Below are positions 37,557 through 48,864 of a stretch of DNA of 64,000 nucleotides, piece after piece; position 1 is the first letter of the stretch, and each line of letters opens with the position of its first letter. The notes below the pieces were generated by a model. That model saw nothing but the letters and a program-made list of their open reading frames with translations, did not search any database and was not told where the DNA came from. The stretch covers positions 109,492,001 through 109,556,000 of the forward strand of contig JBNRSN020000011.1 of NCBI GenBank assembly GCA_051313645.2, in the 5' to 3' direction. The stretch comes from Centroscyllium fabricii (lineage: Eukaryota). The translations under genes and the position numbers were made by a program.

Positions 37557-38087
37557 CAGGTTGAGCACCGTTAATCCGTGTCCCTAATAGCCGGCAGCTT
37601 CAGTCTGCCGGCACAAATTGCCCCGACTGCACTGCGCATGCGCAAAATGGCAGCCCCCATCGTGGCTTCAGCGAATGATCTGCGCATGCGCCGAGCGCAT
37701 GCGCAGATCATTCAAAACAGCTGCGGGTGTTTTGAATGATCTGCGCATGCGTCACCGGACGGTTAGCGCATGCGCAGATAATTCAATACGGCCGCCCGTT
37801 ATTTTCTCGACAGCTGAGCCCCGTGACTGAGGCGGACAGTCACTAGGCAACAGCTGTCAGCCTGAGTCCGGCTCGGCGGCAGCAGCAACCCGAAAGGCGA
37901 TGGAGAGGGAACGCGGACCTGTGCTCGATCTGCGCATGCGCGCGCCAGCCAATCGCAATGCTGCGCGCATGCGCGCGGCCATTTTGAATGGCGCGCATGC
38001 GCAGTGTCCAAACTCGTCCTCCCGGTTTTTTCCATTTCCCGGCACGGGCCTGGTCCCGCCCGTGGCGGATTAACGGTGCTCAACCTG
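37557..38087 (+). mobile_element. GCGCATGCGC-rich MITE, copy 4
   Basis: TA|CAGGTTGAGCACCGTTAATCCG...CGGATTAACGGTGCTCAACCTG|TA. Perfect 22-bp TIR, inserted in CR1. Confidence 0.92.
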
Positions 38088-38193
38088 TACTAGCTAAAAA
38101 GATTCTCCTGAATGCATTAAGAATTCTGTGCCCTCTACACCTTTTACACTGATTATATCCCAGTTAATTAGAGTAATTGAAATTCCCTACTAT

Positions 38194-39640
38194 TGATAAA
38201 CTTTGACTAATTCTAGATTGCTTAACTATAGTTTGACATGGGTTAAAAGTTTGGTAGCAAAAAGGTAAAAAGTATAGCGACAGACTGTCTGTATATAGAG
38301 ATCTTCTCTCTTTTTCATAAACAAAGCTGCAGCTGCAGAGATAAGAAGGAGTCAACACTAAGATGTTGACATTTAATTGGGTTTGTACTGTCTCTATTTT
38401 TTTTCATTGGTTGTTTTCGTTTTTCAGAATTAGTCGCTGAGCATGTATGTTTAATCTTCTTGCAAGGTCTTTGCATTTATGTTTGTATAAATAATTGCAG
38501 TCTCAGAGCGAGAGTGCACTTCTGGGTTGCTATGCTTGTGTGTAAACACAAGGGGTCTCTGAGTGAAGTACCGGTACTGGATAATAAACTTTAATTATTT
38601 TACAGTCTCTCACTGTGTATTACTGAGAAAGTGACAGACTGACCGACGTGTTTAGTCTCCTAAAGTAAGAACCCAGACCCCCAGGCTAGGATGGGTCCTC
38701 CTCACAGAGTGAGTTAACAATTCTGGCGACGAGGATGGGATTTCTAGAGCACTTTGATCTGAATTAAAAGCGGTCTAGGCTGACGAATCGCTTTCGGACG
38801 ACTGAGCAACTAAGTGGCCACAGGTAAGATTTTTACCTTGTTGCTCTGTTTGTTATCACATCAGGGCTTGTGATTCTGGCCCTGTGCCGAAGGAATCATT
38901 TAGTAGTTTGGAAGATAACACTTTCTCAAAGTCAGACTGAAAGAGAAGATTAGAGTCCTTTGGGTTGAAAGTCCCATAAAAAGTGGTTACTAGTCAGGAA
39001 GGGTACGAGTCAGGAAGGGTATAGGTTAGAGTCATTTGGGTTGTAAGTCTCAGAGTGGTTCCGAGTCTGGAAGGGTAGATGTAAATTGAATAAAATCAAA
39101 CATGAGCTGAAAAGGAGAAATGGGGGCAGGATATAGTAAAGTGGCAGAACTGGGGGGGTCCAAAATATCAATTGGATGTGATAATGGAACAAAATAAATA
39201 CGAGGGGAAGATAATAACTAAATATTGTAAGAAATGGTCTAAGGGGAATACAGGCTGGCCACAGACAGGTACCTTCGATCAGGAGATAATATAGAAACAA
39301 GTCAAGCTCAGAAGTAAGGCGCCGAAAATAGATCAAAAAGTATGGTATATGTTGGCAAAATGGTCAAAAGAATCCGACGACCAAGTTCAGAAGTCTAAAT
39401 TTGCCTCATGGCAAAGCAATGGCCAAGCAAAAGGAATTATATTGCAAGATGAATTCGGTGAAGTCCATAGGTTTCTGGCACTAATTGTTTAAAACGACGC
39501 TTGGTAGTGGAGAAAAGCAGCTGGGCTTTATCAGCTCTCTCCAAGATGATGCAGATACACTCAGTTGCACCCCTTATGGGAAGAATGGCCAGGGTTGGAG
39601 AGAGTAAAGTTTGTACTAGGAACGAGGGCTACCTTCCAAT
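38194..39640 (+). mobile_element. 3'-truncated endogenous retrovirus (5' LTR ~38194-38719, PBS, leader, gag matrix fragment)
   Basis: TGATAA...TTAACA termini, AATAAA at 38583, PBS at 38724, donor-like CAG|GTAAG near 38821, ATG at 39120 giving MGAGYSK and, after one frameshift, KKWSKGNTGWPQTGTFDQE. Confidence 0.75.
38724..38741 (+). other. Primer-binding site complementary to tRNA-Ser(GCU)
   Basis: TGGCGACGAGGATGGGAT, the reverse complement of the recalled tRNA-Ser(GCU) 3' end ATCCCATCCTCGTCGCCA, 4 nt after the LTR-terminal CA. Confidence 0.85.
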
Positions 39641-39782
39641 TCACTGGAACCAAATGTAACACCGCTGTTCAAGAAAGGAGGAAGAGAAAACAGAACTACA
39701 GTCCAGTAGCCTGACATCAGTCATTGGGAAAATGCTGTAATCCATTGTTAAGGAAGTGGTAACAGGGCACTTAGAAAAACAT

Positions 39783-42014
39783 GAGCCGGATTTTCTGACC
39801 CCCACGGGTGTGTACAAGGTGCGTGCACACCCGTAGGGGCCTTGCAAGTGCCAGGTTTAAACATGCGAAACGCATGCGCTAAAACCCAGCACTTCCGGTA
39901 AGTAAATATTCAGAGGGGGGAGGTATTAGAAATTTTGGAGAAACTAAAGGTAGACAAATCTCCTGGGCCGGACGGGATTTATCCAAGGATTCTCTGGGAG
40001 GCGAGGAAAGAAATCGCAGAGCCACTGACCTCTATCTTTAGATCATCGCTATCCTCGGGGATAGTCCCTAAGGACTGGAGAGAGGCGAATGTGGCTCCCA
40101 TATTTAAAAAGGGGAGCAGGGACGCGCCAGGGAACTACAGACCAGTCAGTCTCACCTCAGTGGTCGGAAAGGTGATGGAAAAGGTCCTGAAGGACAGGAT
40201 CTACGACCATCTAGACAGGGGCGAATTAATCAGAAGCAGTCAGCACGGATTCGTTAAGGGCAAATCGTGCCTGACCAACCTGATAGAATTCTTTGAAGAG
40301 GTGACCAGGAGTGTGGATGAGGGAAAGGCGGTTGATGTCATATATATGGACTTCAGCAAGGCGTTCGACAAGGTCCCGCACGATCGACTTATGAGGAAAG
40401 TAAGGAGATGCGGGGTAAGCAACAAAGTGGTGGGATGGATTGAGAACTGGCTGGCTCAAAGGAAGCAGAGGGTAGTGGTAGATGGCCAATACTCGGGCTG
40501 GAGACCGGTCACCAGTGGGGTACCACAGGGGTCGGTGTTGGGGCCACTACTGTTTGTAATCTTCATCAATGACTTGGAGGAGGGGACTGAGGGGTGGGTC
40601 AGCAAGTTTGCGGACGACACAAAGATAGGGGGAGAAGTGGATGAGGAGGAAGGAGGTAGAAAGATTCAGAGGGATATAGACAGGATGCAGAGCTGGGCTG
40701 AAGAATGGCAGATGGAGTTCAACACGGGGAAATGCGAGGTGATGCACTTCGGCAGGGCAAATAGGAAGAGGGAATATAGGGTCAATGGCAGAATCCTGAG
40801 TGAAGCAGAGGAGCAAAGGGATCTGGGAGTATATGTACACAGATCACTGAAGGCTGCCACCCAGGTGGACAAAGCAGTGAAAAAGGCCTATGGGGTATTG
40901 GCCTTCATCAACAGGGGAATAGAGTTTAGGAACCGGGAGGTCATGCTACAGCTGTACAGGTCACTGGTGAGACCACACTTGGAGTACTGTGTGCAGTTCT
41001 GGGCACCGCACTACAGGAGAGATGTGGAGGCGCTGGAGAGGGTGCAGAGGAGATTCACCAGGATGCTGCCGGGAATGGGAGGAAGGTCATACGAGGAGAG
41101 GTTGAGGGAGCTGGGACTCTTCTCCCTGGAACGGAGAAGGAAGAGAGGGGACTTGATAGAGATGTTTAAAATGATGAAGGGGATCGATAGAGTAAACGTG
41201 CAAAGACTGTTTCCCCGGGCGGGAAGAACGTCAACAAGAGGACACGAGCACAAGATTCAAGGAGGAAGATTCAGAAGGGATGGCAGGGGCAGGTTCTTTA
41301 CACAGAGAGTGGTAGGGGAATGGAATAGGCTACCATCTGAAATAGTGGATGCGGACAGTCTGGGTGCTTTTAAAAGGATGATAGACAGGTACATGGAGGG
41401 GAAGGAACAGTAGGGGGGAAGGGAAAAATCAGAGATGGACTAAGGGCGGCACTACATTGAGGGCCCAAGGGCCTGTACAGTGCTGTATGTTCTATGTTCT
41501 ATGTTCTATGTTCTATGTTCTATATCAAGAATCCTCTCAACAGATCATCCGCCTGCCCGGGAAAAAGGTGCACTTTCTGCACAAGTTCCGCCCACTGAAA
41601 ACCTTTAAACATCTTTCGCCTGGTAAAAGCAAGCGTATGGCCTGCTTTTACCAGCATGAGTGTTTTAAAAAATGTTTTTTTTAATTCCCACGCATTTATA
41701 ATTTTAAAATATTTACAGTAAATGTATTTTTAGCCCTGTAAGAGGTTTTTTTTCAAAAACTTAAATTGGCTTAAAACATTTTAAAATGTAGTGTTAACTA
41801 ATTTTAAATACGCGATTTTTCAAAAAAATTATGTTTAACTGTTTAAGTGATCCCCATTCATACTTTTGAGATCTATGCTTGCGAATCGCATGCGCCCCTG
41901 GGATACCTGGGCCCCTGTGCATTTCATACAGCAGAGGTCCAGGATCGGAAGTCTCGGGACCTACGGAGCCAGCAGGTAAGTTCGTAGATTTTTTCCGATC
42001 AGAAAATCCGACCC
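39783..42014. mobile_element. Harbinger-like non-autonomous element, split by a young CR1 and itself inserted in an older CR1
   Basis: Imperfect TIR GAGCCGGATTTTCTGA / TCAGAAAATCCGACCC. Host CR1 reads through (cacttagaaaaacat|aatatgattcggcag). TSD not clear. Confidence 0.7.
39900..41523 (+). mobile_element. Very young 5'-truncated CR1 LINE with uninterrupted 492-aa ORF2 fragment (39935-41413)
   Basis: [46 protein letters not shown] with no stops. Clean (TTCTATG)4 tail. Confidence 0.95.
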
Positions 42015-43160
42015 AATATGATTCGGCAGAGTCAACGTGGTTTTATGAAAGGAAAATCATGTTTGACAAATTTATTACAGTTTTTTGACAATGTAACAAG
42101 CCGGGTAGGTAAAGGGGATGTCGTATATATGGATTTTCAAAAGGCATTCGATAATGTGCAGCAACCTTTCATGTGGCACAAGATAAGGGTTCATGGGGTT
42201 GGGGGTAATATATTAGCATGGATAGAGCGGATTGGTTAATGGACAGAAAACAGGAATAAACAGGTCATTTTCAGGTTGGCAAGCTGGGTGCCACAAGGAT
42301 CAGTGCTGGTGCCTCAGCTGTTTACAATCTATATTAATGACTTGGATGAAGGGACCAAGAGTAATGTATCCAAGTTTGCTGACTATACAAATCTAGGCGG
42401 GAAAGTAAGCTGTGAGGAGAACACAATGAGCCTGCAAAGGGGTAGAGACACGAAGTGCATGGGCAAGAAGGTAGCAGATAGAGTCTAATGTGGGGAAATG
42501 TGAGATTATTCTCTTTGATGGGAAGAATAGAAAAAGAATATTTTTTAAATGATGAGAAACTATTAAATGTTGGTGTAGAGGGATTTGCGTGTCCTCGTAC
42601 ACGAAGCACAAAGTTAACATGCAGGTACAGCAAGCAATTATGAAGGCAAATGGTATGTTAGCATTTATTACAAGGGGGTTGCAGTAGAAACATAGAAAAT
42701 AGGAGGAGTAGGCCATTTGGCCCCTCGAGCCTGCTCTGCCATTCGATGAGATCATGGCTGATCATCCAAACTCAGTACCCTGTCCCGGTCTTCTCCCCAT
42801 ATCCCTTGATCCCTTTAGCCTTAAGAAATACATCCAACGCCTTTTTGAATATATTTAATGAATTGGCCTCAAATACATTCTGTGGCAGAGAATTCCACAG
42901 GTTCACCACTCTCTGGGTGAAGAAATTACTCCTCATCTCTGTCCTAAATGGCTTACCCCTTATCCTTTGACTATGAAGAGTAAGGAAGTCTTGGTACAAT
43001 TATATAGGGCCTTGCAAGTAGTCTGTACAGTTTCGGTCTCCTTATGCAAGGAAGGATATACTTGCCTTAAAGGCAGTGCAACGAAGATTCACCAGATTGA
43101 TTCCTGGGATGAGGATTGTCCCATGACGAGAGTTGGAGTAGAATGGGCCTATACTCTCTG
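42015..43160 (+). mobile_element. Old CR1 fragment with a minus-strand CR1 3' end nested at ~42686-42966
   Basis: GFMKGKSCLTNLLQFF and VPQGSVLVPQLF. The inner piece has FFTQRVVNLWNSLP on minus. Confidence 0.82.
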
Positions 43161-43985
43161 GCAATGGCACAGTCAAGGGGGTGACTCTGATTATGGGGAG
43201 AAGAGCTTATCCGGAGATTGAAGTTTAGGGAGGACAGTGAAATCAGTGAAGGTAGGGTGTGGAGATAGAGATTGAAATCCATGAGGGTGAGGAGTCACTG
43301 AGTGCAGAGGCTGAGGAAGGAAAGAAGGGAGGCACGCTGAAGGGAAAACCTGGGCTGGGGCTTTGAGATAATCAGGATTTTAAGAGAGGAAAAAAGGGTG
43401 GAACAAGGCTAGCTGCTTGAAGGTAGCAAAGCTGCCAGAGGAGTAGGAGGAAGAGATCAAGGTTTGATTTTTCGATAAGGTCCACACTGCCAATGCAATG
43501 GTTTGGGCGGGGCAAGTGGTAGAATGTGCAGCTAGATAGGGTGGCTTCAGTAAGGTTCAACGTATTCTCACCCGTGAGCCACATTTTAGTCAGAGCCACG
43601 ATGTCAATGCAATTATCCACAATAAGGTTGTAGATGGCAAGGGCCTTGTTCTCAAGTAAAGAACACAATTTTTTAAATTATTTAATTGTACATGGGATGT
43701 GGGCATCGCTGGCAAGGCCAGCATTTATTGCCCAGCCCTAATTGCTCTCGAGAAGGTAGTGGTGAGCCGCCTTCATTAAACGCTGCAGTCTGTGTGGTGA
43801 AGACACTCCCACACAGTGCTATTAGGTAAGGAGTTCCAGGATTTTGACCCAGTGACGATGAAAGAACAGCAAGATATTTGCAAGTCAGGATGGTGTGTGA
43901 CTTGGAGGAGAATTTAAATATGGTGGTGTTCCCATGCGCCTGCTGCCCTTGTTCGTCTAGGTGGTAGAGGTCACGGGTTTGGGAA
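43160..43985 (-). mobile_element. L2 endonuclease fragment (~43160-43665) followed by a LINE 3'-end fragment (~43680-43985)
   Basis: SLLENKALAIYNLIVDNCIDIVALTKMWL (APE start). The second piece resembles 61420-61695 in the opposite orientation. Confidence 0.6.
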
Positions 43986-45945
43986 TAGGAGCAGGCCACT
44001 TGGCCCTTTGCGCCTGCTCCACCATTTAAGATCATGGCTGGTCTTCTACCTCAACTCCACCTTGCCGCAATATCCCCATATCCCTCGACTCCCTTAATAT
44101 TCAAAAATGTATCGATCTCTGGCTTGAATATACAGAACAACTGAGCATTCCCAGCTCTCTGGGGTAGAGAATTCCACAGATTCACAACCCTTTGAGTGAA
44201 TATATTTCTCCTCATCTCACTCCAAAATGGCCAACCCCTTATTCCGAGACCGTGACCCTAGTTCTAGACTCCGCACGCAGGGGAAGCATCCTCCCCAGCA
44301 TCAACCTAGTCAAGCCCTTTAAGGATTTTATTTGTTTCAATGAGATCACCTTTCATTCTTCGAAACTCCAGCGAATATAGGCCGAGTCTACTCAATCGCC
44401 CCTCATAGGACAATTCCCCTCATCCCAGGAATCAGTCTAGTGAACCTTCGTTGCACTCCCTCTATGGCAAGTATATCCTTCCTTGGGTAAGGAGACCAAA
44501 ACTGTACATACTACTCCTGGTGTGATCTCAGCAAGGCCCTATATAATAGTAAGACTTCTTTACTATTATACTTTAATCCCTTTGTAATAAAGGCTAATGT
44601 ACCACTTGCTTCCCTAATCGCTTGCTGTACTTGCATGTTAGCTTTGTGATTCACGTACAAGGACACCCAGATTCCTCTGAATACCAACATCTCCCAGTCT
44701 CCAACCATTTAAAAAATATTGTTTTTCTATTCTTCCTACTGAAGTGGAGAACTTCACACTTCTCCACATTATATTCCATCTCCCACATGCTTGCCCACTC
44801 ACTTAACCTGTGTATATCGCTATGCAGCCTCTTCGCGTCCTCCTCACAGCTTATCTTCCTACCTAACTATATAGTCAGCAAACTTTGATACATTGCACTC
44901 GGTCCCCTCATCTAAGTCACTGATATAGATTGTAAATAGCGGAGGGCCAAGCACTGATCCTTGCGGTACCGCAGTAGTTACAACCTGCCAAACCAAAATG
45001 ACCCGTTAAAATCTACTCGTTTTCTGTCCATTTATCAATCCATGCTAATATATTACCCCCAATCCCATGAGTCCTAATTTGATGCAAATGTCCTCCTATG
45101 TGGCACCTTATCAAGTGCTTTTTGAAAATCCAAATACACTACATCCACTGGTTGCCCCTTATCTACCCGGCTAGTTACAATCTCAAAAAACTAAGATTTG
45201 TCAAACACAATTTCCCTTCCATAAATCTGTGTTGACCCTGCCCAATCATATTATGATTTACCAAGTGCCCTGTTACCATGACCATATTAACAGATTCTAG
45301 CATCCTACTACTGCAGTCAGGCTAACTGGTCTATAGTTCCTGGTTTTCTCTCTCCACTCCCCTTTCTTGAATAGCTGGGTTAAGTTTCCCATCTTCCAAT
45401 CCATGGGGACCGTTCTTCAATCTAGGGAATTCTGAAAGATCAAAACCAATGCATCCACTATCTCTGTAGCTACCTCTTAAAACACCAGAATGTAGGCCAT
45501 CAGGTCCAGGGGTTTTGTCGACTTTAAGTCCCATTAATTTCTCCAGTACTATTTTCTTTACTGATACGAACTTCTTTAAGTTCTTCATTCTCACTAGACC
45601 CTTGGTTACCCACTATTTCCAGAATGTTATTCATGTCTTCTACGTGAAGATAGATACCAGTGATTTGTTTAATGTCTCTGCCATTTCCGTATTCCCATTA
45701 TAATTTATTTTGTCTCTGCCTCCAAGGGACCCATGTTTACTTTCACTAATCTCTTCCTTTTTACATATCTATAGAAGATTTTATAATCTATTTTTACGTT
45801 TCTTGCTAGTTTACTGTCCTGTTTTCTTTTCTATCAATTTCTTGTTCATCTTTTGCTGAATTCATAATCCTCCTCGTCCTCAGGCTTGCTATTCTTTTTG
45901 ACAACATTATAAGCCTCTTCCTTTAATCAAATACTATCTTTAATT
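43985..45945 (-). mobile_element. Degenerate CR1 LINE
   Basis: GLKVDKTPGPDGLH, RT and 3' fragments, tail near 43985. Confidence 0.85.
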
Positions 45946-48060
45946 GTTATTCCGGAGGGAAATGTGGAGGGGGCCGGTCTTTGTTGATCCACTGGCAGAA
46001 TCCAAGGAGGCAGTAGTGGATTAAGTGAGCAGGACGGGAAGAAGGTTGGGGAGAGAAGAGGACAGAAATAAAAAACATGGAAATTGGAATTTATAATAGG
46101 AAAAGTTGCCTCAAAATTGTGACACTAGGAAGTAAGGTTTTGCAGACAGGACACATGCGCAGACATAGGATTTTTAATGTGATAGATAATATTTATATTT
46201 ATTCATATCTCCCATGGCTTTGCCATGTTAATGCACTGTTTTTCATGTCTTCATGTGTGAAAATGCAAAATGAGAAATACTGTTTTTAATACATTGAGTG
46301 ATTCTTCCATGGTGTTGCTTATAATGATTTACAGGATATGTTCTCGAAGAACATGAGCATAATACCATGTAACTGTGGAAAAGCTCGTTATTTTGGACAC
46401 ACTTCAGGTATTCTGAAAATTAGACTCAGACAATGGACTCTTGCATCCTAGTATTCATAGAAGATAGGAGCAGGAGTAGGCCATTCAGCCCTATTAACCA
46501 GGTGCTTCCAATTAATGCTGGTACCAGCTTTAATTTGGCTTATGTAAAACAGAAGGCAGATCACCCTATCAAGCTAGAAATAGCTTCGAGACATCGGACA
46601 CAAGAATAGATATTGGTCTTAATGCAATTTAAGTGCAGAATAACAGAAACAATTATAACATTTAATTGAAACCTCTGTTATTTGTCAAACTAATTCAAAA
46701 AAAGGAACTGTATCTTCTAACACGTGCCTATCCATTGAAGGGCCAGCTAATGTGAAGATATTGTGGCAGAATTAAATAACTATGATTTAAATTGTTGATC
46801 ATTGAAGTACTGTGTTGTCATAGATATTGTTAATTGGTAATTAATGTATATCTGTGTCCGACTCGAGTTAATTGCACTTCACTCCAGGTTATACCCCAGT
46901 CTTCAGAATTCAGTTAGCTGCAAAAATCTGTAAGCTGCTGTCAGAGATGTGGCACTCTTCCGTAAGCTGCACGAAAACAGCATCTTGTCGTCTGGCGCCC
47001 CACCCCCCAATTCAAATATATTGAACAGCATGAAATTCCTGTACTTTCATGGTAGATACGGATACACGTGAAGAAAAAGTTAGGGCTTGTCCATTCCAAT
47101 ACCCTTCCAACAGCGTGGCAAGTCTTAATTACTGTCAAACAAACTCTTTGGCACTGAAGTGTGGAGTCTCATTCCTTCAGATTATAATTATTGTTGGGAG
47201 ATTTTTTACAAAATGTTTTCTTTGTCTCTTTTATCCCTCTCTCAATCTAATCTTTCTGTCGCTATTTATTTTGCTTTATGTACCTGATTTGACATTGAAT
47301 TCACTATTCTAATTGACACTTCCTGGACCAAACTATGCCGTTTATTAACGATTCTTTAATATGATTGGCTAAGGAGATACACAGTTGCTTGTCCTGTTCA
47401 CACAGGCCCCAGATGCTGTGCAGAGGGTGCCACGCTGTTTGGATGTTTGGCTAACAGCATTGTGCCATGTAAAAGTCTATAGAACGTCTACAGGCAAAGG
47501 CAAGTCTAATGAACAGCTGACGCAATTTGTTCGCCCCTCATCAATATCTGGCCCATTATCAGATCAAATATGACATAAAATAAGGACAGAATATATGACT
47601 TTAAAATGTGGAGTAAATTATATTTGTGTGCCTGGGCCGAATTATCTGACGACCCCCAACCCCACTTCACCTCAAGACTACACGTAATTGTGACTCGCCC
47701 TGTGCAACACCACAGGAGACTGACAATAGCTTAAAGATTTTGAAACCTTCTTGTTCTGGGCATTATCCACAAACTGACTTTTCACTTTCCTCTTGCCCCT
47801 GCAATACTCTCTTCAATTATCTTAGTGACTTTCACATCAATCAAGGCCTCACTACATTTTAATTCACTATCTTTTAAACTGAAATGTGGTGAAAATTAAC
47901 ATGCTTTATCTTCACTCCCAGGTTACTAACAACTTCAGGTAATTACTAAATTTAATATCTTTCCCAGAACTCTTTTATTTAAAACCAAATAGAAAAACAC
48001 CATTATTTACAAAAGAAAAGAAAACCCTACATTACCGCGCTTGAGCCGCGGCAAACTCCC

Positions 48061-48232
48061 AAGCCCCAATGCCCACAAGGTAGGGGTCAAAGTTTCAAGC
48101 CCTCCTGCCTACGAGGCAGGGGTCAAAGTCTCAAGTCCTTATGCCCACAAGGCAGGGGTAAAAGTCACAAGCCCTCATGCCCACAAGGCAGGGGTCACGA
48201 CCACAAGTCCTCATGGCCGCAGGCAGGGGTCC
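48061..48232. repeat. Minisatellite, 36-bp unit, about 5 copies
   Basis: aagccctcatgcccacaaggcaggggtcaaagtctc-like units. Confidence 0.85.
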
Positions 48233-48864
48233 AAATTTGCAAGCTTTCTGGTACCCTGCTTCCCATGAGATGTCAATCATTTATTCCCTCTATGAAATTG
48301 CTAGTGCTTTTGTCCCTCCTTTTGGCCTTAATTATCCACTTCACCTTTGGGATATTGAAATACTCCATGGTCAATGACTAAAATTACCTGCAGCTGCCCT
48401 CACTTGCCCGAATAGTAAAATTATCTGCTTGCTCACGACTCGCTGACAACTGCCAATCATTACACTTATTTTTTAAACCTTTATTCATTTCTACCCAATT
48501 TTCCTCAGGTATGTGCCCTTGTTATTTCCACCCTTCTGACTGGAACCCATACCAGTGATACCAGCCCTCTGCTTAGGTCAACTGGTCTATTAAAATGTAC
48601 TTTTACAGTCGTAACCAACTAGAGACACAAAGTTCTTTCACCATCAGCAACACTTATTGTAAGCCAGCAAGCCGACAGTAACCAGACGGCATCGTCAGTC
48701 CATGAAAATGTGGGCCTGAATATTTAGGTTATGGTTGCCAGCTTTATTAAAGTAAACGGGGGAAACTAGTCACATTTGGATTCTAGGTATCCCTTGGTAT
48801 TAAAAGCAGACTCCAGCAACACTGCAGGTACAGCTCCCCATTGTAGACTGCAGAATGCGAATTA

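Larger units (their letters stand above)
31270..38193 (-). mobile_element. Old CR1 LINE sequence fragmented by the Gypsy element and MITE copy 4 (pieces approx. 31270-32418, 36834-37556, 38088-38193)
   Basis: KSCLTNLIEFLEEVT...MDFSKAFD. CR1 sequence reads through across both insertion sites. Confidence 0.78.

Noticed and set aside
39935-41413. 492-aa ORF as a host or domesticated gene
   Set aside because: 5'-truncated CR1 ORF2 with no ATG start or endonuclease domain and with a retrotransposon tail.
48061-48232. 36-bp repeats as a possible CRISPR array
   Set aside because: Units are head-to-tail with no unique spacers, there are no cas genes, and the context is eukaryotic.
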